Source: Clostridia bacterium | Lineage (GTDB): Bacteria > Bacillota > Clostridia > UBA1381 | Length of the DNA stretch: 64,000 bases | NCBI GenBank assembly: GCA_017551095.1 | Contig: JAFZMQ010000014.1 | Location: 9,972-73,971 of the forward strand | Direction of reading: 5' to 3' | Part shown: positions 8,588 through 17,700 of the stretch, piece by piece | How positions within the stretch are numbered: the stretch's first letter is position 1 | Layout: each line of letters opens with the position of its first letter | Notes under the pieces: generated by a model | What the model saw: the letters and a program-made list of their open reading frames with translations, nothing else | Told to the model about the DNA's origin: nothing | The model's database searches: none | Translations under genes and position numbers: made by a program

Positions 8588-11116
8588 TTAAAATCCGCGT
8601 TGCTCCGTTCTGTTTATAATATCGTCTTGCAGCGATTTTGACAGAGTTGTAAATAACGCACTGTAACCTGCAACACGCACAACGAGAGTTTTATAGTTTT
8701 CAGGGTGCAGCTGTGCATCTTTAAGCGTTTCACGGCTTACAACATTGAATTGCATATGCATTCCCTTTTGGTCAAAATATGCCCTTATCAAAGCAACAAA
8801 GTTTTCAAGCCCCGTTCTGCCTTCCAATGCTGACGGGTGGAATTTCATATTAAACAAAGTTCCGTTTGATGCGATAAAGTGGTCTAATCTTGCTACGGAA
8901 TTTGCCGACGCGGTAGGTCCGTTCACATCCTTGCCTGAGCTTGGGGATACACCGTCTGCGACAGGTTTTCCTGCAAGTCTTCCGTCAGGCGTAGCTCCCG
9001 TACTTGCACCGAGCGGCACATTTGCCGATACGGGATACAAACCTGCCTGGAACATTCCGCCACGGGGATTTTTATATTTTTCAAGCGGTTTTGTATATGT
9101 ATAAGCCACATCTCTTGCAAAGGAGTCAACATCATCAATATCGTTTCCGAATTTCGGCAGACTGTCAATCATTTCAAGCAAAGCATCATATTTTTCTTTT
9201 TTGCCCAAATCCACATTATATTTAGCTACCTCTTTATATACATCCTCAATGACCTTTTCATTTACTTCCTTGCCGGAACTTGCAAGTTGCTTAACAATTT
9301 CTGTTGTAAGTTTCTCTGCATCAATGTTATCAGATGTTCTGCCGTAGTTGTTATCAAGTGCTTCCTTAAACTCTGCAAGAGTCAGCTTTTTTTGCTCAAA
9401 TACGAGTTTCTTGATTGCGTACAGCGAATCTGCCATATTAGCAATACCAAAGCCTTGCGGACCTGTGAAATTGTAAACCGCTCCGCCCTCCTGCACAGTT
9501 TTGCCTCTTTTGAAGCAGTCGTCTACCATAGATGACAAAAATGGGAGAGGACATCTTACAGAATGTGCGACATCAATTGAGTTATCGGCATTTACCAGCA
9601 GTTTTATCTGATAATTCATCTGCTTTTTATATGCATCATAGAACTCGTCAAAGGTCTTGAAGTCCGAAACATCACCTGTTTTAATGCCGACAAGTTCGCC
9701 CTTATCCATACCGTTATTAAATGTGAGTTCCAAAACTCTGCACATATTAAAGAATGCAGCGTCATGCCAACCGTCTGTTTTACCTGCTTTCTGCGGTTCA
9801 ACACAGCCGATTATGTTATAGTCCCTTGCTTCCTCCATGGTTAAGCCACGGTTTAGAAGTGCAGGAATGATAATTTCGTCATTATAGTACGCAGGTAGTC
9901 CCACGCCTGTTCTGGTAAGCTCTGCCGCCTTTATCAAAAATTCCAACGGTGAGCCGTTCCAAACTCTTATCGAAAAGGACGGTTGCGGAAGAAGTACATG
10001 CATTGACGCGTAAATACACATAAATGACAGTTCATTTGTCGCATCAAGCCCGTCTATCGTCTGCCCACCGGCTATAAGATTCTGGAAAAGGCTGTATCCT
10101 GCAAAGCCCTCGGCAGATGCAGCATCTCTGACTTTGTTTAAATCATTCAGCTTAACCCAAACGCAGTCGATAAGCTCCTGTGCAAATTCGTTTGTAATAT
10201 TCCCTCTGTCAATATCCTTCTTATAATATGGGTACATATATTGGTCAAAACGCCCCGGGGAAATTGAGTGTCCGCTTCCCTCCATTTGTATGAGCATCTG
10301 GACAAACCAGAAGGACTGACACGCCTCATAAAAGGTTTCTGCTCCCTTTTCGGGTACATTTTTGCAATTTTCAGATATTTTAAGAAGTTCTTTTTTTCTT
10401 GTTTCGTTTGTTTCCTTTTGAGCCATTTCGGACGCAAGTTTGCTATACCGTTTTGCATAGGTAATTGCGGTCTCCATACTCTCGATTGCGGCATTTAAAA
10501 ATGATGTCTTTTTTGCATAATCTGCATCGGATACATCACATTTTTCAAGCTCCGCCTTTGCTTCTTGGATTATGCCGGAAAAGCCTTTTTCAATAACCTT
10601 ATCGTAAAGCACCGTTATATGTCCAACACCGTTATAGAAGTAGTTGCCGGGTGTAAAAATACTGTGTGCCATAGCTATTTTGGTTTCATCAGCCATATAT
10701 GATGAAGCCAAGTCGCTTGAAGTCTTACCTTTCCAATAAGGATATACCTTTCTTAAAGTATCTTTTGTTTCTTCCGATATGTAGAAAGGGTCCGCCTTTC
10801 TCGTTGCTACTGTGTCAAACTCCGATTCCAGCCACTCAAATGAATATTCCGGAAAAACCTGACAGCCTCTCGGTGCTATCGTCGCACTTCCTACTATAAG
10901 CTCCTCATCACGTATTGTAATAGGAATGTTCTCGCAGATATTCCTAAATGCTTTTGCCCGTCTTTCAACAATAGGAAGTCCCTCTGTCTGCTTATAAGAC
11001 TCTGTCAAAAGCACCGCTCTGTCCGCCTCAATTACAGGCATTTTTTTGAATAAATTTTCCTTTAATCTGTCTATTCTGTCACTTTTCGGAATTCTTTCGA
11101 AATCTTGTATGCTCAT
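8588..11116 (-). CDS. Glycyl radical enzyme (PFL-like; most consistent with a B12-independent 1,2-propanediol/diol dehydratase)
   Basis: C-terminal glycyl-radical loop (RVAGYSALF) and catalytic GCVEP motif. The track ORF starts at TTG 11131. The ATG at 11116 (MSIQDF) follows GAGGGG by 7 nt and is the likelier start. Assigning diol dehydratase rather than choline lyase (CutC) is inference from the aldolase and ADH neighbours. Confidence 0.85.
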   Translation of the reverse strand: MSIQDFERIPKSDRIDRLKENLFKKMPVIEADRAVLLTESYKQTEGLPIVERRAKAFRNICENIPITIRDEELIVGSATIAPRGCQVFPEYSFEWLESEFDTVATRKADPFYISEETKDTLRKVYPYWKGKTSSDLASSYMADETKIAMAHSIFTPGNYFYNGVGHITVLYDKVIEKGFSGIIQEAKAELEKCDVSDADYAKKTSFLNAAIESMETAITYAKRYSKLASEMAQKETNETRKKELLKISENCKNVPEKGAETFYEACQSFWFVQMLIQMEGSGHSISPGRFDQYMYPYYKKDIDRGNITNEFAQELIDCVWVKLNDLNKVRDAASAEGFAGYSLFQNLIAGGQTIDGLDATNELSFMCIYASMHVLLPQPSFSIRVWNGSPLEFLIKAAELTRTGVGLPAYYNDEIIIPALLNRGLTMEEARDYNIIGCVEPQKAGKTDGWHDAAFFNMCRVLELTFNNGMDKGELVGIKTGDVSDFKTFDEFYDAYKKQMNYQIKLLVNADNSIDVAHSVRCPLPFLSSMVDDCFKRGKTVQEGGAVYNFTGPQGFGIANMADSLYAIKKLVFEQKKLTLAEFKEALDNNYGRTSDNIDAEKLTTEIVKQLASSGKEVNEKVIEDVYKEVAKYNVDLGKKEKYDALLEMIDSLPKFGNDIDDVDSFARDVAYTYTKPLEKYKNPRGGMFQAGLYPVSANVPLGASTGATPDGRLAGKPVADGVSPSSGKDVNGPTASANSVARLDHFIASNGTLFNMKFHPSALEGRTGLENFVALIRAYFDQKGMHMQFNVVSRETLKDAQLHPENYKTLVVRVAGYSALFTTLSKSLQDDIINRTEQRGF

Positions 11117-11120
11117 TTCT

Positions 11121-11843
11121 TCACCCCTCAAATATTTTATCTACTGCGTCGTTAAAGTTATTAACAACATACTTACCCATTTTTTTAATTCTTGGCGTTG
11201 CACCCGCCATAATATAGGATTTTCCTATCAGTTCAAACATCTCTGCATCATTTTGACCATCGCCGATTGCGACTGCATCAGATTCCCTGATTTTTAGCAC
11301 TTTCATCAGCTCCGATACCGCCATGCCTTTGTTTGTGCCCTTTTCAACATACTCGCACATATAATTGTCGCAATATACTCTGTCAAGACCTGGAAAATCT
11401 GTTTTCTTATCGTATAATGTGATTTTATATATCGGCTCATTTATCTCATCAATAGTGTCAATCCTCACAATATGCCCGGAATACTGTTCTTTTATCCCCC
11501 TTATAAACCGCTCCGAATCCGACCTGACAAAAGAATGGTATTTTCCGTGTGCGACAAAGTTTTTTTCTTCTTCAAAAAGCTTTAATTTTGCACGGTCTAT
11601 CGGAAAATCAAAAATCGTTTTATCTTTATGTACCGCTAACGCACCGTCATTTGCTATCAAATAAGCCCTGCTTTCAAAATTTTTGAGTATTCTTTTAAGT
11701 TCGCTGTAATTTCTGCCCGACGCAACACAAAATGCCATATTGCTGTTTAGTATTTTTTCAATAGCCGAAATACTTAACCTGTGCAGCTCTTTCTCCTTTT
11801 TTAAGAGGAGCGTTCCGTCAAGGTCACTGACAATTAACTTCAT
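11121..11843 (-). CDS. HAD-superfamily hydrolase, Cof-like (subfamily IIB) sugar-phosphatase family
   Basis: DLDGTLL motif I and GDGQNDAEM motif IV. The probable start is MKLIVSDLDGTLL (11843), not the upstream Met. Its stop lies 4 nt before the GRE ATG, so the two are translationally coupled. Confidence 0.8.
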   Translation of the reverse strand: MKLIVSDLDGTLLLKKEKELHRLSISAIEKILNSNMAFCVASGRNYSELKRILKNFESRAYLIANDGALAVHKDKTIFDFPIDRAKLKLFEEEKNFVAHGKYHSFVRSDSERFIRGIKEQYSGHIVRIDTIDEINEPIYKITLYDKKTDFPGLDRVYCDNYMCEYVEKGTNKGMAVSELMKVLKIRESDAVAIGDGQNDAEMFELIGKSYIMAGATPRIKKMGKYVVNNFNDAVDKIFEG

Positions 11844-12078
11844 AAAAAATCTCCCAAATCCACTTTTCAAAATGTATAATAACATAAAAAAAATCAAAAG
11901 TCAAGAGATTCTCACAAAAAAATAAAAAAACACAGAAAAACAAACATTTTACTATATGAGCATATGAGTTGTATCTCAATTTACACAATAATTTGTTCTG
12001 AATTTTGTTATAAATGTCAAGGTAAAAATCGGCAAGAATGTAGTAAAATATGAAATATAGATATGAAATTTCAGGGGG

Positions 12079-13080
12079 TTGCATATGAATATTTCAGAAT
12101 TTGCAAAAATAGCAGGGGTTTCCAAATCAGCCGTAAGCAGATACTTTAACGACGGTTATTTAAGTGAAGATAAACGGCAAAAAATAGAAAAGGCAATTGC
12201 TGAGACTGACTATGCCCCAAGCATTTCCGCCCGTAATAAGACACGGATTACAAAGCAGGTTGGCGTTATTATTCCAAAGCTTTCGGGCGAAAGCAGTGCA
12301 CGGGTTGCCGAAGGTATCGCAGAGATTTTAAATGCCGAGGGCTACCAGATTTTACTTGCAAATACTGCAAATGACCATAATAAAGAGATTCATTTTCTTG
12401 ACCTTTTCAAGAAAAACCGTGTTGACGGCGTTATTCTACTTGCGACAGTTTTTACCGATTTGCACAGGCGAATGCTTTCAAAAATGCGTGTGCCTGTTAT
12501 AATTGTCGGACAAAATATCAAGGGGTATAGCTGCGTTTGCCACGATGACGAGGGTGCAGCTTATGCACTGACTAAGCTGATGCTTGAAAGAGGTGCAAAA
12601 GCTCCTGCTTTTATCGGTGCAAATATGAATGATATTGCGGCAGGAAAAAACAGAAAAGCAGGATTTTTACGTGCCGTTAATGAATCAGGTCTTAGTGTAA
12701 ACAGTAATTTCCTTGAAGTTGCAAAATTCAGCATAGATTCCGGCTATGAAAAAGCAGAACATCTGTTATCGCATAAAATCAAGCCGGACTGCATTTTTTG
12801 TGCAACTGACAGCATAGCGGCAGGTGCTATGCTCTATTGCCGTGAAAACGGCATAAAAATCCCGGACGACATTTTGATAGCTTCAATAGGCGATACGCGT
12901 ATGGGACAACTTGCATATGCCCCGCTCACATCGGCACATTTCCACTATAAAACGGCAGGGATAAGTGCTGCAAATATGCTCCTTACGGAAATAAAAAGCA
13001 GTAATGAAATACCAAGAACTTTGCAGCTCGATTTTGAGATAATTGAACGCAAATCTACCCAAAAAACTGAAACTGTGTGA
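12079..13080 (+). CDS. scrR: LacI-family transcriptional regulator (probable sucrose operon repressor)
   Basis: N-terminal HTH (NISEFAKIAGVSKSAVSRYFN) and a periplasmic-binding-fold C-terminus. Directly upstream of the sucrose PTS genes. Confidence 0.85.
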   Translation: MHMNISEFAKIAGVSKSAVSRYFNDGYLSEDKRQKIEKAIAETDYAPSISARNKTRITKQVGVIIPKLSGESSARVAEGIAEILNAEGYQILLANTANDHNKEIHFLDLFKKNRVDGVILLATVFTDLHRRMLSKMRVPVIIVGQNIKGYSCVCHDDEGAAYALTKLMLERGAKAPAFIGANMNDIAAGKNRKAGFLRAVNESGLSVNSNFLEVAKFSIDSGYEKAEHLLSHKIKPDCIFCATDSIAAGAMLYCRENGIKIPDDILIASIGDTRMGQLAYAPLTSAHFHYKTAGISAANMLLTEIKSSNEIPRTLQLDFEIIERKSTQKTETV

Positions 13081-13227
13081 AACCAACCGAAAATTAGAAA
13101 ATATTTCTACATTTAAACAATAGATTTATCTTCTTATAAATGTTACACTGTATGTAGATGTAAAATATACGGGTAAAATTCACGGGAACGCCTTGATATT
13201 TTATAAAAAAATTAAGGAGCTGATACT

Positions 13228-15099
13228 ATGGATTACAAAAAATGTGCATCGGAAATTTTAGAAGCCATTGGCGGTAAGGAGAATTTAGCAAGTGCCGCTC
13301 ATTGTGCAACTCGTCTTCGTCTGGTTATCGCAGATAACAGCAAGGCAAACAAACAGACGCTTGAAAACATCGACGGCGTTAAGGGTGTTTTTGAGGCATC
13401 CGGACAACTTCAAATTATCATAGGCACAGGCACGGTAAACAAGGTTTATGACGAGTTTATTGCCTTAGCCGGTATTGAGGCGGCATCAAAAGACGATGTA
13501 AAGGCTGCGGCTGCGGCTAAATCGCCTTGGTATAAACAGGCAATTAAAACCTTGGGTGACATATTCGTGCCAATTATCCCCGCAATCGTTGCAACAGGTC
13601 TTTTGTGCGGTCTTTTAGGAGGTCTGGGTAGAGCTTTCCCAAGTCTTGCAGACTCACAATTTTTCGGTCTTTTAGACATATTCTCAAATGCGGCTCTTAC
13701 ATTCCTGCCGATTCTTATTGCAGTCAGTGCTGCTAATATTTTCGGCGGTAACATTTATCTTGGTGCCGTTATCGGTATGATTATGATTCACCCGAGCCTT
13801 ATAAATGCGTGGAATGTTGCTTCAAATGCAGAAACTTCAACGCTCTGGTCATGGTTTGGGATTTGGAATATACAAAATGTAGGTTATCAGGGACATGTGA
13901 TTCCTGTCGTTATCGCAGTTTTGGTTATGAGCAAAATCGAAAAATTCCTTCACAAGAAAGTCCCTGAAACTTTCGATTTATTCGTAACACCTCTTTTATC
14001 TGTACTTATCGCAGGATTTTTGGCACTTACAATAATCGGTCCTGTATTCGCACAGCTTGAAACCTGGGTACTTACAGGTGCTAATAAGCTTATTGCTATA
14101 CCATTCGGTATTGGTGCATTTTTAATGGGTGCTGCTTACGCTCCTACGGTTGTTGCAGGTGTTCACCATATGTATAACGCAATTGAACTTTCAATGTTGG
14201 CGGCTAACGGTCAGAATACATGGATGCCTATCGCAACCGCTGCAAATGTAGCACAAGGCGCGGCAGCTCTTGCAGTTGCATTTAAAACACGTCAGCAAAA
14301 AGTTAAATCACTCGCACTCCCTGCTTCACTTTCAGCATTTATGGGAATTACAGAGCCTGCAATATTCGGTGTAAACATCCGTTTTGTGAAGCCTTTGGTA
14401 GCCGGTATGATAGGCGGTGCATTCGGTGCGGCAGTTGCATCCATAATGAAAGTTTATGCAACGGCTAACGGCGTTACAGGTATTTTCGGATTCTTAATCA
14501 CTACACAAAGCTTCTTTGGTTATCTTTTGACCTTTGTAGTTGCAACCGTTGTTGCATTTGCAATTTCCTACATTATGTATAAAGACCCCGAGGATGCAAA
14601 AAATGAAGTTGAAAGCTCACCTGTTGATTCAGGCAAAGCCTTGGAAGAAGGATTTATCCATTCTCCGCTAAAAGGTGCAGCTATTGCTATGGAGCAAGTT
14701 CCCGACGAAACCTTTGCTACAAATGTTTTGGGAATAGGCGTTGCAGTAGAACCATCAGAGGGCAAGGTTGTTGCTCCTGCCGACGGCGTTGTATCAACAC
14801 TTTTTGACACACATCATGCAATCGGTCTTACCCTTGATGACGGAACGGAGCTTCTCATTCATATAGGAATAAACACAGTTGAATTAAAGGGTGAGGGTTA
14901 TACCGCACATATTGCCGAGGGCGAACATTTTAAGGCAGGTCAGACTCTTATTACTTTTGATAAAGCCCTTATAGAAAGCAAGGGATACAAAACAGTAACT
15001 CCCGTCATCATCACAAATCCTGATGACTTTAAGAAGATTGAAAAGGCAGCAGATGGTGATGTTGATTTCCTTGACAAGCTGATTTTGGCTGAGAAATAA
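13228..15099 (+). CDS. scrA: PTS sucrose-specific EIIBCA component
   Basis: EIIB Cys motif (AAHCATRLR), multi-TM EIIC and a C-terminal glucose-type EIIA (HIGINTVELKGEGY). Followed by a GH32 hydrolase. Confidence 0.88.
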   Translation: MDYKKCASEILEAIGGKENLASAAHCATRLRLVIADNSKANKQTLENIDGVKGVFEASGQLQIIIGTGTVNKVYDEFIALAGIEAASKDDVKAAAAAKSPWYKQAIKTLGDIFVPIIPAIVATGLLCGLLGGLGRAFPSLADSQFFGLLDIFSNAALTFLPILIAVSAANIFGGNIYLGAVIGMIMIHPSLINAWNVASNAETSTLWSWFGIWNIQNVGYQGHVIPVVIAVLVMSKIEKFLHKKVPETFDLFVTPLLSVLIAGFLALTIIGPVFAQLETWVLTGANKLIAIPFGIGAFLMGAAYAPTVVAGVHHMYNAIELSMLAANGQNTWMPIATAANVAQGAAALAVAFKTRQQKVKSLALPASLSAFMGITEPAIFGVNIRFVKPLVAGMIGGAFGAAVASIMKVYATANGVTGIFGFLITTQSFFGYLLTFVVATVVAFAISYIMYKDPEDAKNEVESSPVDSGKALEEGFIHSPLKGAAIAMEQVPDETFATNVLGIGVAVEPSEGKVVAPADGVVSTLFDTHHAIGLTLDDGTELLIHIGINTVELKGEGYTAHIAEGEHFKAGQTLITFDKALIESKGYKTVTPVIITNPDDFKKIEKAADGDVDFLDKLILAEK

Positions 15100-15114
15100 A
15101 AGGGGCAATTCTCT

Positions 15115-16446
15115 GTGAAAAATGATTTTAGACAAAAATTGCATTTAGAGCCTTATAAGGGCTGGTTAAATGACCCGAATGGTCTGTCATATTTTAACGG
15201 AAAATACCATGTGTATTTTCAGTTCTCCCCTGATAGCCCATACGGAAAAGGCGATAAATGCTGGGGGCATTTCGAAAGCCCTGACATGATAAACTGGACA
15301 TTTTGCGGGACGGTACTCCGTCCCGATTGTCCTGAGGACAGGAGCGGCGTATATTCAGGCTGCGGACTTGTTTTTAATAACCTCCTTTATCTTTTCTATA
15401 CGGGAAATGTAAAAAAAGAAGGGAATTATGACTATATAACATCGGGCCGTGAGGCAAATGTTATTTTAGTCACCACAAAAGACGGGCAGAATATGAGCAA
15501 AAAGCGTATTCTTTTAAGAAACTCCGATTATCCCGAAAACTGTTCCTGCCACGTGCGTGACCCGAAAGTCTGGGAAGAAAACGGAAAATTTTATATGGTT
15601 TTGGGTGCAAGAACTTTGGACGACAAGGGTTGTGTACTTTATTATTCTTCCGTTGATCTTGAAAATTGGAGCTTTGAAAAATCGGAAACCCGTGATAATT
15701 TTGGATTTATGTGGGAATGTCCCGATGTAATTGAGCTATCGGGCAAAAAGTTTTTGAGCGTCTCACCGCAAGGCATGGAGCATGGCGAATTTTCGCATCA
15801 GAATGTTTATAGCTCCGGCTATTTTAAGGGTGAAGACTTTATTGAATGGGACTACGGCTTTGATTTTTACGCACCGCAAACATTTACTGCACCCGACGGA
15901 CGAAAAATTCTAATCGGCTGGATGGGAATCGGGGATATCCCGTACAGTAATCCGACGGCGGAATCAGGTTGGCAACACTGCCTAACAATTCCACGAGAGT
16001 TGGTTTTATCAAAAACAGGCGAAATATATCAAAAGCCCGTTTCGGAAATGCTGCTACTGAGACGTGAAAAACGAAAAATTGACGAAAAAGCAACAGTTTC
16101 AGCGGAGCTTCCTTTTGAGCTTTGCGGAGATGTTTCAGAGAATTTTTCGATAACTTCCGACAGTTTTTCGCTTAAATACGGAAACAGCGTTTTTACTCTT
16201 GAATTCAGCAATATGGAAGTCAGCGGAGGAAGAACGGCAAGGCGTGTAAGAATTGATAATCTTAAAAATATCCGCATTTTTGCCGACACCTCCTCGCTTG
16301 AAATCTACTTAAATGACGGTGAGCGGGTTTTAAGCACCAGATTTTATCCGCAAGATACCGAAATTACCCTTAATATATGCGGATTTTCGGGTGAGCTTTA
16401 CCGTCTTGACGGAATAAATGTAGTGAGAGGAAAAGAAAATGAATGA
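15115..16446 (+). CDS. scrB: Sucrose-6-phosphate hydrolase (GH32)
   Basis: GH32 WLNDPNG and RDP motifs. Apparent GTG start. Confidence 0.9.
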   Translation: MKNDFRQKLHLEPYKGWLNDPNGLSYFNGKYHVYFQFSPDSPYGKGDKCWGHFESPDMINWTFCGTVLRPDCPEDRSGVYSGCGLVFNNLLYLFYTGNVKKEGNYDYITSGREANVILVTTKDGQNMSKKRILLRNSDYPENCSCHVRDPKVWEENGKFYMVLGARTLDDKGCVLYYSSVDLENWSFEKSETRDNFGFMWECPDVIELSGKKFLSVSPQGMEHGEFSHQNVYSSGYFKGEDFIEWDYGFDFYAPQTFTAPDGRKILIGWMGIGDIPYSNPTAESGWQHCLTIPRELVLSKTGEIYQKPVSEMLLLRREKRKIDEKATVSAELPFELCGDVSENFSITSDSFSLKYGNSVFTLEFSNMEVSGGRTARRVRIDNLKNIRIFADTSSLEIYLNDGERVLSTRFYPQDTEITLNICGFSGELYRLDGINVVRGKENE

Positions 16447-17395
16447 TATTCTTGTCACAATCGGCGAGGCTTTAATAGATTTTATACCCGACAAAAGCGG
16501 TTGTTCCTTTGATGATGTTACGGCGTTTTTGCCAAAGGTGGGCGGTGCACCCGCAAATGTTTGTGCCGCTTACGCAAGACTCGGAGGCCGTGCAAAAATG
16601 CTGACGCAGCTCGGAGATGACCCTTTTGGGCATAAGATTCTTTCGGAGCTTACAAAATTAAGCATTGATACAAGCTGCATAAGTCTTACCGACACCGCAA
16701 GTACCGCTTTGGCTTTTGTGAGTCTTGACGGCGCCGGAAACAGAACATTTTCCTTTTACAGAAAGCCGTCTGCCGATATGCTGTATAAGGCGGAAAATGT
16801 GCGTGAAGAGTATTTTGAAAATGCTTATGCACTGCATTTTTGCAGCGTGGATTTGGGCGACTTCCCTATGCGTGACGCACACCGTGCCGCAATAACAGCA
16901 GCACGGAAAAAAGGTGCAATAATCAGTTTTGACCCTAATTTGCGGTTTCCGTTATGGAAAAGCCGTGAGCTTTTAAGGCAGACTGTAAAACAGTTTATTC
17001 CGCTTTCCGATATAGTAAAAATTTCGGACGAGGAACTCTCTTTCATTACAGGTACAGGCGATATTAAAACTGCTCTGCCAAGCCTTTTTGAAAATAATGT
17101 CAAGCTCGTCATTTACACCTGCGGAAGCGGAGGAGCTTATGCTTTTACAAAAAACGAATATGCTTTTGCACCTGCCCAAAAGGTTAAACCTGTTGATACA
17201 ACAGGTGCAGGTGACGGGTTTATCGGTTCATTTTTATGGAAAATGAAGGATATGGGTATAACTCTTGATATGTTAGAGCATCTTACGAGCGAAAAGCTTT
17301 TAGCCTGTCTTGAATTTGCAAACAAATTCTGTGCCATAAGCGTTCAAAAAAACGGTGCGATAAGCTCATATCCAAAATTGGAAGAAATTAAATAA
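16439..17395 (+). CDS. scrK: Fructokinase (PfkB family carbohydrate kinase)
   Basis: PfkB signatures (GGAPANV, DTTGAGDGF). Overlaps the scrB stop. Confidence 0.88.
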   Translation: MNDILVTIGEALIDFIPDKSGCSFDDVTAFLPKVGGAPANVCAAYARLGGRAKMLTQLGDDPFGHKILSELTKLSIDTSCISLTDTASTALAFVSLDGAGNRTFSFYRKPSADMLYKAENVREEYFENAYALHFCSVDLGDFPMRDAHRAAITAARKKGAIISFDPNLRFPLWKSRELLRQTVKQFIPLSDIVKISDEELSFITGTGDIKTALPSLFENNVKLVIYTCGSGGAYAFTKNEYAFAPAQKVKPVDTTGAGDGFIGSFLWKMKDMGITLDMLEHLTSEKLLACLEFANKFCAISVQKNGAISSYPKLEEIK

Positions 17396-17424
17396 AAATT
17401 ATATAAAGAAAGAGGAGAAATACT

Positions 17425-17685
17425 ATGAAAACATTCAGCTACACAATCAAGGACGAAATCGGAATCCATGCAAGACCGGCAGGTAATCTTGCAAAACTTG
17501 CAAAGAGCTTTGAAGGCACAAAGGTTACTATCGAAAAGGGTGGAAAAAGCGTTGATGCAACAAAACTTATGATGCTTATGGGACTTGGCGTAAAATTTGG
17601 TGATACAGTAAACTTTACGGTTGAAGGTCCTGATGAAGACGCTTGTAGCGATGCAATTTTGGACTTTATGACAAATAATCTATAA
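17425..17685 (+). CDS. ptsH: Phosphocarrier protein HPr
   Basis: 86 aa. His15 motif GIHARPA and Ser46 region present. Confidence 0.95.
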   Translation: MKTFSYTIKDEIGIHARPAGNLAKLAKSFEGTKVTIEKGGKSVDATKLMMLMGLGVKFGDTVNFTVEGPDEDACSDAILDFMTNNL

Positions 17686-17700
17686 TTCGGAGGAAACGCT

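Noticed and set aside
8588-11131. GRE start at TTG 11131 overlapping the HAD gene by 11 nt
   Set aside because: The ATG at 11116 with a GAGGGG SD 7 nt upstream is a far better start. The features use 11116.
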